Below, in pieces: positions 25,977-36,999 of a stretch of DNA of 64,000 bases (the first letter of the stretch is position 1; the number at the start of each line of letters is the position of its first letter). Source of the stretch: Chrysomallon squamiferum. Taxonomy: Eukaryota; Animalia; Mollusca. The DNA is taken from contig CM022665.1 in NCBI GenBank assembly GCA_012295275.1, forward strand, positions 7,130,001-7,194,000, read 5' to 3'. Under the pieces are notes generated by a model, which saw only the letters and a list, made by a program, of their open reading frames with translations, made no database searches and was not told the origin of the DNA. Made by a program: the position numbers and the translations under genes.

Positions 25977-28126
25977 GTTCCTTTATATCCTATGACTAGT
26001 AACTGTTATTATTATTATTTTTAAAAATATCATAAATGTTTCGATTTTGTTATCTTTACTTTTAATCTGTTTCTATTTTGTTTATTTATTTATTTATTTA
26101 TTTATTTTTTTGCTGTTGTTTTCAAAACAAATGATAATTCACGTGCATTAAAACATTAAAAATGTAGAGTTTTCCCTTCTTTATATTTTGCTTGTTAGAA
26201 GGAGAGAAAATTTTTCTTAATAAAAATTAAAATAAAATAGTTATATTTTTTATATGTATGTTCGTGCTTTGCGCGCTCTCGTATGTGTTTGCGTGTATGT
26301 GTATGTCTGTGTGTCGTGTATATATGTGTGACATAAAATCAAATTACATTCATAGCAAATATTTTTACCAGATCTTTATGCTATAAACAGATCAACATTA
26401 GAACTGTTTCATTATGATACTGTGTAATAACGAAATGGCTGAAATTCTTTAAAAGTGATAAAACACGACAACTAGAAATATTGTGATATCTGAAAATACA
26501 TGAAAATAATATTTATTTCTAAAAACGATATTTAATCCTATTTAATTTTATTCTGTTCATTTTTTAAAAATTATTATTTTTTAAACATTTCTCAATAAAT
26601 TTAATTTCAGTTCCCAAATTGCAATTTGTATGCACTCTTTATTAAAAATGATATTAAACCGATAAAATAATGAGAAAAAAGGTTTGAAGCAACATGCTTT
26701 TATCTATTTGTATTTTAATTTTTTAAATTCTATTTTTTCTCATATTTATTTGTTTATTTATTTATTATTATTGTTTTTAATTTTAAACTTAATTTCTTTT
26801 CATTTTTTTTTTATTATTTTTTTTTTTGAGAATGAATATAAAATAACAATCTATTAATATGAAAAAGTTATAATATAATTAAGACAAAAATACCAAAATG
26901 TAGCACTTTACTTTAAATAAAAAAGTAAAAAGCAATATAACCAGAAAGAACTATTTAAATTTGTTGAAATTATTTGCATATTTTCAATAGATTTAAAAGC
27001 AATGATACACCTAACTTCATTACTTTTGCTTCTGCAAAAATAGCTTTTAAAAATATTTTGTTTGAATTTTAAACTTGCTTTGACTGCATTTAATTAATAT
27101 TTGTTAATAATTATTTCAGAATTTATTTTCTCAGTTTTTCTTTTTAAAGTGCAATTTCAATATATTTAAATATAGTGATACTTCTTTACCTATTATTTTT
27201 TATTTCTTTTGCCAGAAATTAGATTTAATCTTTATTTTGTCTTATTTACTTATTTACTTTCACAGCTTTTAACTTATGTTTTGTTATTATCATCATATAT
27301 TTGTTTATTTCTCAAATATACTACTACTGCTACTATTAATAATAACAGCTAAGAGAGATAACTCTTGATGATATTAACATTAGAAAAGTAATCTACTCCA
27401 CATTTTTTTCTTACAATAATAGCATACCATTTTGGTAACAAAACAACAACAGTAATAATTAACAAATAAATTACATTAATAACAAATTAGTTTAAAAACT
27501 GATCAGCATTTCTTCAAACAATGTTTAATTTTCTAATTTATATTTTCAACGAAAATGTTTATTCATTCTTCAATCTTCAGTATGCACAATTTATAAACAT
27601 TTGGTTTAATAAAACCTAATGTAAAACAAGCAAACAAATAAATAAATAAATAAATAAATACAATAAAAAATCGTCCTGGATACTTGTAAATTTACTCAGG
27701 CAAGCTCGATCATAAGACCTTAAAAACTAAGTACTGGCCTACGTTGTATAATCTAACAGACTTTTGATTCATGATTTAAAAATAAAAATAAATTAAAATA
27801 AAATTTGAATTAGTGCAGTAAAAATATTTGCCAACAAGGTAAACAAATATTGGTTATTCAGTCTGATTACAGCTGCAGACTGTTCAAATTCAAAAAGTTA
27901 CATATTTAATAGCCTAAGCTATAATAAGCTATTATGTTTGCTGACAACAAATGGCTTCCATGCGCTGCATTTTGTAGGATATATAACGTCAGACCACCGT
28001 TTACAATTTACTCAGTGGCTTGATTTTAGCAGTTAAAACATATAAACTGGATTTACGTACATTGTTCAAGAATGCCTGAGCTTGTTTACATAAACCAGTG
28101 CACTCTTTTTTGGTAAGGTAAAAATG

Positions 28127-28128
<2 letters not shown>

Positions 28129-28195
<67 letters not shown>
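28129..28195 (+). repeat. (CA)n microsatellite
   Basis: Uninterrupted CA run. Confidence 0.97.
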
Positions 28196-28201
<6 letters not shown>

Positions 28202-28919
28202 AAGGTAAATAACTGAATAATCAAATTTAAACAAAAATAAAATATATCGACAAAAGTATTTATCTAAAATGTAAAAATATATTATATGTCATAATAATTT
28301 ATGGATAGGACTTATCGATTTATATTACAGATAATCAGGAGACTTGTTAACACATTATTTTTATATGTTTTTATTTTAACATGATCAGTTGTACATATTA
28401 TACTGTATAATTCTGCGGTGAAATAAATAAATAAATAAATTAATTAAAAGTTATACGGCGATTATGAAATGCCACGTTGTAACTCGACTGGTATAGCAAA
28501 ATTCAGTTACCTGAATTTTCATGGTCCAGCAAGTTTCTATTAGCGGTAACAAGTTGATCGATACTGTCTATTAATAAAATAGGCCGACTTATGATTTATG
28601 ATTTGGATAACAACAACAATAATAATGTTGCTGTATTTTTTTTTATATATATATTTTTTTATCATTAGTTAATTATTGAATTACCTATTTTTGAAACTGT
28701 AATTAGTGGAAAGTTATCACTTTATGTACATATACCCATATTCACACGCTTTTTAAAAAAAATAAATAAAAAAATAAAAATAAAAATTGAAATAAAAAAT
28801 AGCAGTTTATACACAGTCATACACTTACTTACACCCGCACACCACCACCCCCACACCCAAACCTCACAAACATCGTTGAGGTCACAGAAAGTCGAGCAAA
28901 ACATTAAAGTACTTAGGGA

Positions 28920-29921
28920 ACTATTCATCCGGATACCGTTACCAGATTGCCGACATTATGACGACCTGTAATAGTATGTTACTTTTCATTTATGTATTCT
29001 GAGGGCGGATGTGTCTGATATATGGCTCACAATCTGATCTATCCTCCTCAAAATGTGGCGATTTGAACATAACAGTTTCGTTCTGGAAATTATTAAAAGA
29101 TCTTTAAACTATAGGTATAGGAAAGGTGAACAGCGCATGATTTAAAAAAAAAAAAAAAAAAAAAAAATAATAATAATAATAAAAAAAATCTCTCCAAGGG
29201 TAACACATTAAAACAGATCTCTTAAGTACATGAAATTTAGTGTAGTGGTCGTGTTATAAAGTAGAATATCTGAATAGACTTATGAATAATTTGCAAATAT
29301 GTCAAGCATTTATGACGTGTCTACCTTACTTACACTATGTAGGCCTATATTTATTTGTTTTTTTTATACTTAATTAATTAGTTCCTGAACACGTGCTCCT
29401 GTTTGTGATACAGTCATCACAGAACATGTGTCTTAGATGATTTAAATGTTTTTCTGCTATGTCAGATGATTATGTTAAAAATATGTATGAATGTTTGTCA
29501 TGTGTGTGTGTGTGTGTGTGTGCAAATATAAAGTATGTTTCAGAAGTCCCTCTTTGTCTTTAAATAATTATTAAATAACAATTACAAGAGGAATTAAATG
29601 ACATTTTTGTTGCGGTGTCTATGTCACATCGACCACTTCGAGATGTTCTTGATCGGGGTTTGTTCTTTTCGGTTGGCGACTATAATGTATGATTGTGTCC
29701 ATGGACTGCTGTGAATATTCTCTGCATTTGACTATAGATTGAAAAACATTCCTGCTCTAGAGTAAGCATTGTAACAAAAAAAAAAAAAAAAAAAAAGCCT
29801 TTATACTTTACTGAACATAATAAATTATTCTGATTTCAGTAACTTCAATATCCTTTTATACATTGAAGAACATTTGTTTCGTAACTGTAATATTCAAAAT
29901 GCTCTGATTATCCATGACGGC

Positions 29922-29955
<34 letters not shown>

Positions 29956-30229
29956 TAATAATAAATTCTTTTTTGTTTTTTGCTATGGATGATTATAAAA
30001 TTTTGAAAATTAAAATTTGAATCGGATGTTCTTATACAGTGTTTCATCAGTATATAGGTTTATTAAGAACTTTACTGCAATAATATAACGACTATTTTAA
30101 CATATTGAAGAATAACACAAAACACCATTTAATATGAAAAAGCATACAAAATTCAGAATACTGACACCATGTGATATAAAATTATAACTCATTCCAACTT
30201 AGTCTAATAACAGTATCCGGATGAATAGT
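28920..30229. mobile_element. Putative non-autonomous DNA transposon (about 1.3 kb) bounded by terminal inverted repeats
   Basis: ACTATTCATCCGGATAC at 28920-28936 is the exact reverse complement of 30213-30229, extending to 25/29 identity. No internal ORF and no clear target-site duplication. Confidence 0.5.
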
Positions 30230-30239
30230 CTTCAGTGCT

Positions 30240-30478
30240 TTTACTCATTCGGTGACGTTTTCGTTGTTCCACTGATCTACTTTTAGGGTCAAGGCCACCT
30301 AAATACTTATGTCATAAACAAGCCGTGGTTGTAGATCGCATTATGTTATAGTCAGATGTCAAAGTGTTCATTTATTTTTATATGACACAGTTATTATTAT
30401 ATTTGTTAAAACAAGGAAAGTCGAAATATCTATGAGAAAAAACATGCCGACGAACGACAAAATAACACAAATTTCAAG
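30240..30478 (+). promoter_or_regulatory. Putative promoter and first exon of the 2DBD-NR gene
   Basis: Last CpG-containing stretch before the CpG-poor gene body. CRE half-site TGACGT about 30253; GGGTCAAGGCCA 30286-30297; splice donor CAAG|GTATTT at 30478/30479 upstream of the strong acceptor at 31198. Confidence 0.45.
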
Positions 30479-30807
30479 GTATTTGTTTATAACTAGATTT
30501 AAGATTAGACAGGTGACTTGTAGAATTCTACAGTTTCATTTTTTTGGCCATGTATGTTGCATCAACATAATCCAGATCATTCATGACACAAAAACACCTT
30601 AAGTCCTGATTTTTAAATTTATTTAATATTTGTTTTGTGTAATTTTTGGTGATAAATATTTCCCTATTTCACTGATGGAATAGATTAACTAACATTATTA
30701 TCACGTTTTATAGAAGTTTATAATAATGATTACTTTTTTTATATGATTATAAGTTTCCCAGCCATAACTAGGTTAATTTATTATGGCAATTTTTATATGT
30801 ATCAATA

Positions 30808-30860
<53 letters not shown>
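30808..30860 (+). repeat. (AAT)n microsatellite
   Basis: Direct reading. Confidence 0.9.
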
Positions 30861-30861
<1 letters not shown>

Positions 30862-31112
30862 GAGCCAATTTTATAATATTCACATTTATTTTTTAAATTA
30901 TGAAACTTATTGATCAAATGTTAAATCTGTTTAACTGTTTGCAAAATATCAGTAAGTCAGGGCTCAAGCTCTGTATTGTAAATCCACTCACTGAAGTTTC
31001 AAGTACAGATATATATATATATATATTTATTATTTTTATCTGTAATTTTATGAAATATGAAAAATAGTTAATTTTCTGTATTATATATAATTTTTTCTTT
31101 ATTTTATTTTAT

Positions 31113-31148
<36 letters not shown>

Positions 31149-31251
31149 TTATTAACCTTTTATGTTTTTTTTTTCTTTCTTTCTTCGTTTTTTTTCAGAG
31201 AGAAATAAATATTTTGATAATAGTGGAGATGTTTCATTATATTTCCTAAGT

Positions 31252-34200
31252 ATGCATCAAGAGTCTATAAGTTTAAAATGTCAACAGTCTGGATTGTCTG
31301 ATGGAAATAATTCATTAAGTTTTGCAGGTTTAACTAAAAAAAGACCAAGATCTGCTTCATCAGCAACTGGTCTTAGTAGGACACTGAATATATCACCAAA
31401 GTATCTGAGAACTAAAGCACATAAGAAAACAAGTCCCCACTCACAGCAGTCATATCACACCTCACCTTACCCCTTGCCACCCAAAAAAGTATTTTGTTCT
31501 TTGGAAAGGCAACAGTTTTTACGTTCACAAGCAGAAGATAATTCATGCCTTCAAAACAAGATATCAAAACCTTTGACATTATTGGAAGAATGCGACACCC
31601 AGCCTCAATCTTACACTGCCACAGCAACAACATTTTCATCACCTGTTTCTGTGTCACATGATGGAGATGGGCATTTTAACACAGATTCATTCTCATACAC
31701 TGCACATGAAAGCAGGACTTTCATGCATTCTCGAGAACATAATTCCATTGACATCCATCTAGAACAGCAACAACTTATCACACCAGGTGATAATTCATAT
31801 TTAGCACAAACACAAAGTCTAAATGAAAAGGCTGATAGTAATAAATGTCTGGATGAGTGCAAAAATTCAGGATCAGAAAAAGAAGCAGAAATCAAATGTG
31901 ATGAATCTGATTGTTGGATTGTGCCATCTCCAGAAACATACTGCGATGTCTCACCTGATGTCATGAACAGGACTGAAAGTGATACTAAGAGTTCACCAGC
32001 TTCAGATGAAAGTTTATTTCAGAATCAGTATTCATACAGTGACTGGAATTTAGAATCTACAGTAAGAAAGAAAAAGACAAGTTCATTATCATCTGGTAGT
32101 TATCTGTCTTCTGTGTCATCACCTCCATCTCCTCACAGTTCTGATGCTGAGTCAGCTGCTAACATTAATCACACTAAGCCAAATCGATTACTTCTTCTGG
32201 ATGCTATTCAAAGCAGTATTTTCAGGCAGAAATATTTTCCAGTGCCTGACAAAAAAATTTGTTTAGAAAGTTCTCTTCTTTCTAAAGTTTTACCACAGCT
32301 TAAAGAAAAAGATCTGGATAATTCTCAAGAGTATGGTTTGCAGGCATTGCTGAAAGGCAATACCAGTGAAGAGAAAATATCCAGTCAAAATACAGCACAT
32401 TCAGTTGAAGATGAAAGTTCTGTGATTTGTGAAAAAGAGACAGAACAGAAATCTGACAAGGTATCTAAAGATTTGAATGCTGAATGCAAATCAACCTCTA
32501 ATGAAGTGAAGGTTAAAAAGGAATGTTTTCTGTCAAGCAGTCTTCTGACTGATGGGAAGTGTCAGGTCTGTGGAGATGTTGCTGCTGGTTTCTACTGTGG
32601 AGCTTTCATTTGTGAGGCTTGTAAGGTAAATATTCTGATTAAACTATCTTTCCTTTATTTTTTATTTTAAACTGGCAATGCAGGTTTCCAGTAATCAGTT
32701 TTAATACTTATATAATAACTATTGTTATTAAAATATGATGAGATATTATTTATAGTTAAAAACTTTATCTGTATTAAACCACTGTTTTAATCAATGTACT
32801 AAATAACCAGTGTTCCTTCTAATTTTGTTCAATTGTAATTTAATCATAATGTATTTTATTTCAGAAATTTTTTGTCCGTACCTGTAAACAAGGCAAAGTT
32901 AAGTATATTTGTCATAGAAATAAGAAATGCATAATTACAAAAGAAAATCGAATCAGATGTCAGTACTGCAGATACCAGAAATGTCTTTCTGTTAATATGT
33001 ACAGTCCAGGTAAGTGTTAGTCAAATAAACAGTTTAATGGGCTTTTTGCAGTTAAATTTTTTAAAATGTTTTTAATTATATTTATAAATGATTTTGTAAC
33101 TAAAATTGTTTACTAAAGTTGTAAAAAGTACTGAAAATATAAAATAAAGCAATGTCTACATCATATTAAATTTTATATCAGCAGTTATTATTATTATTAT
33201 TACTTTAAAAACCTTTTCAGTTTTTCTGTCAGTTTAAGTTTCAGTATGTAACTCATTTTCCACAGAGATTTTCAAATGTGTACATAATTTTCAGCTGATC
33301 AGCCAGCAGGTACCAAATCTGATATTAATAACATTCCATGCCGTGTTTGTGGTGGGCCATCATCAGGATTCCATTTTGGGGCACTAACTTGTGAAGGATG
33401 TAAGGTAAAAAAAAATATATATAATATACACACACAATCATTATAATACAGGTTGAGAATCCCTTATCCAAAAATATTAGCATGTAAAAATATAATACAA
33501 AAATACCAGCAGACTATTTATATTAAGCAGTATGTATGCAGTATAAAAGTATTTCATATTTAGATTTATATCCTATTCTTGTGGTACCTTCTTACATTAC
33601 AACGTCTGAAACATTCTGAAATTAAAAACACTTTTGGTTCTAAGTGGTTAGTATAGTGTTTCAACAAATATTTTATCAGGGCTAAATCTGATTGAATCAT
33701 TTAAATGTATATAAGTTGTAAAATGAACCTATGATTTACTAATCATTTCCTCTTTGGAATATTTTATTTTAGGTAACAATTTTACAATACTGTTTATTCC
33801 TTTCATTTTTCAGGGTTTTTTCCGAAGGATGGCAAAAGAACGACAACCAAATACATATCGTTGTCCCAAAGAAGGCAGCTGTAGTATCAACACTTTTACT
33901 CGTAATATTTGTAAAGCTTGTCGTTACAAGAAATGCACAGATGTGGGAATGTGTTTAGAAGGTATTTATACACAGATACCAGTTTACTTATTGATTGATT
34001 TGTATGTAACAGCTGTTACAATTTATCTATTGTTTATCTTGAGAAAATATATAATGGTTCTCAAATGCATATTTTCACAAAACATACTGTAAAATAAATG
34101 ATATAAATTCTCCAATAAATAACTTGCAGAATGATATTTCTGGTTTGCTGTATTTCTTTGTTATCCAGGAAGTCGAATAGGAAGACAGCCAAATTCTATA

Positions 34201-36999
34201 AAGCATGCTTTGTCTCTAGAAGCGAAAAAAATTAAACCAGAATCTGATATATCTGTAACCCAGAACTGTGAAGTAAAACCTGTTTTGGTTAAGAAATATA
34301 CAGAATCAGAAAATAAGGAAACTGAAGAAATACCTGTTGATGTTCAACAAGCAGATGTGAAACAAGAACCAATTTTCTTCCCAGATGACATTAAAACATC
34401 TCTGAAGGATGCCATGAAGACATTCTCTGATCTCAGAATGGTAAGTTTAAGTAAACTGACATGAACTAAATTTATTTTAATTTTTTATTCTTGTTTAACA
34501 GGGTATCATGATAAATGTTAAAAAAATAACAATATTATAACAAAGAGGAAATGATCAGAAGCCTAGGTTTGGCATTATGGATTATCTGCTAGGAAAACAA
34601 TTTATTGAGGGTGTGAATATCTGTAGAGGGTTACAATGTGGGACTAGATTTCTTACATAGATTATATAAATTTAATTGAAAAAAAAAAAAGAAAAAAAAA
34701 AAAGAACAGTTTTGTCAATTAAAGATCATTTAGGATAACAGGTATTTCAGGAAGCAGTAAAAATAACTGAGATCAAAGAAACTTTTAAGGTTTATTTTTT
34801 GTTGTTTATATTATATATTGGTTGTATTTTTTGTACTTTGTTGTTATCTTTTTGACAGAAAATTCGTACCATTTTACTACTGTCATTTATAATCTGAGTG
34901 AGCAGTTTGTTTCCATTATCTCGGTAAAATGTAACAATATGATAACACAGTAATTTATAACAGCAAAATATTTAAATATAAATCCATTTTTGTTTTTGAA
35001 AAAGAAAACAATTACTTGAACTTGTAAATTATTTTCAGGATAAATTTACTTCTGACATCAGCAAATTAAGCACAATGGAAGGAGCCTGGGAAGAGATGAT
35101 GAACCATCTGGAAATCTCAGCTAAATGTACTATTATGTTTGCAAAACATGTTCCAGGTAAGAATAACTCAACAAAACATTAATGATGTGACCAGTTTATT
35201 TCTGGTTCTAGACTTCTTTGTTGTAAGAATAATTATATTATTCTTTTTATCAAAAAGAAGCTTGTCAAAATAAGGAAACTTGATTACTTAAATGTTAGCT
35301 ACAGTTTAGAGTAGATGTGGACAATTCAGAAAAACTTTTGGTTCATTGCTGTATTTTTTAATAAATATGTGTCTAGACATTTTGGTTATAATATTTCTTT
35401 TTTATGATTTTAACAGTTAACATTTCATAACATTGATTTCAGAATTTCTTCCCTGAATATTAAGTGTGTCAACATAAGATGACAGTTAAGTACTAATTGT
35501 ACTGTTTCTATTCCAGGGTTTAAAACTTTACTAATGTCAGATCAAATTGTACTCATGCAGCTTGCTACCTATCCCATTTCACTGCTCAATTTTGCTCGAC
35601 ACTATGACCTAGACAAGGGAGATAATGCATGTCTAGGATTTTCAAGAGCTCAAGAGAAAATGCTGATAAAGTTTTTCCCCTCACTTGACATTTTGCCTGC
35701 ACATCATAGACATGTAGGATTTATGATGAAACATTTGTGTATTGATGACCAGGAACTGGCCATCATGTGTGCTGTCATACTCTTTTGTGATGGTAAGATT
35801 TTCTAAAGTATTTTTTTATTTTATGGTTTTTTATATTTTCTTTTTCCCAGAATTTTGATTTTATAATGGAGCTGTCATATAAGGTGAATATTTCTTTCAT
35901 TATTTCTTCTATTTCTTTTGAAAGAGGAATCCCTTTTAATGAGAGAAGAAACTCACTGCCTCCAAGCAGTCATATTCCTTTATTCAGTTAGCAATAACAT
36001 ATCCATTAGGTATAACTTCCCATAGATAGGAATCCATGTACACAGACTTTCAAAATCCAGTTTTGGAAATGAACTGGAGCAAGAAAAACCCAGAAAACTG
36101 TTGATCACTTGTTTGACATCAATTAATAAGAAAGCAGTTATATATTAGAATTAAATATTTTTGAAACAGTCATGTTATTGGAAAGGAAATATATGAGTTA
36201 ATCATTATTAGCAAATGCTGTCTTTGATCAGTCAGATAAAAGAAACTGACCTAAAACCGAAGCAGCTGAATCACATATTTGATCCCATCACTTAAGGTAA
36301 TCTGTGAACATTAAGTAACATTACTGACTTTTCATTCTTTCTGAAGTAGTTTTATGCTCCAGTTACTGTTATTGTGATGTCTTTTCCTGATCTGTTATTT
36401 TGTTTTGATATATTTTTATTGATCTGTTATAACATTGACCTCTTTTCAGATTGTGAAATTTTGAAAGAAAATTGGAAAGTAAAAAAATGGCATGATTATT
36501 TTGTTGAGTGCCTTCAACAGCATATCCAGAGTAAGTGTTCATTTTTAAATATATTAACATTGTCAGACACAGAACTGTATAATTAAAATTTAGATTTTTG
36601 GTACATAGAAAAAATGTTGTCCTATGCTTGATCATAAAGAATAAATGTCGGTTTATTATAACAATAAATATTCTTAACAACAATTTTATTTTTGAAACAA
36701 ATATAAAAATATAATTTTATGTGGTGAAATAGTACCAGTTGAAATAATTTAGAATTTTTGCATTTGAGCAAATAGAAAAGAAAATAAACAATTTCATTTT
36801 ACTAATTACAAGTATTATCATACTTTTGTTTTTAACAGTGTCATACAGAGACAGCAATACCAGGTTCGGTGCTCTGTTGTTGCGGCTTGGTGAATTAGCT
36901 GTAAATTCATTACAGCAAAATAAAACTATAATGTCTATTATTACCTCTCATCCTCATCTTCAAGTTAACAGATTATTCAAAGAAATCTTTGCTGTTTGA
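31252..36999 (+). CDS. Nuclear receptor with two tandem DNA-binding domains (2DBD-NR), about 894 aa, 9 coding exons
   Basis: Exons 31252-32625, 32865-33009, 33295-33404, 33814-33961, 34169-34440, 35039-35156, 35517-35792, 36450-36530, 36839-36999. All introns are GT-AG, phases 0,1,0,1,0,1,1,1 are consistent, total 2685 nt. DBD1: [25 protein letters not shown]...CHRNKKC...[12 protein letters not shown]2: [25 protein letters not shown]...CPKEGSC...CKACRYKKC, followed by SRIGRQP. LBD signature [33 protein letters not shown] and AF-2 LFKEIF before TGA. The start codon is uncertain (first in-frame ATG after the acceptor at 31198). Confidence 0.93.

Noticed and set aside
31412-31964. Antisense ORFs overlapping real exons (also 45525-45779, 51748-52056, 54736-55059, 56561-56790)
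   Set aside because: Shadow frames of the coding exons on the opposite strand.
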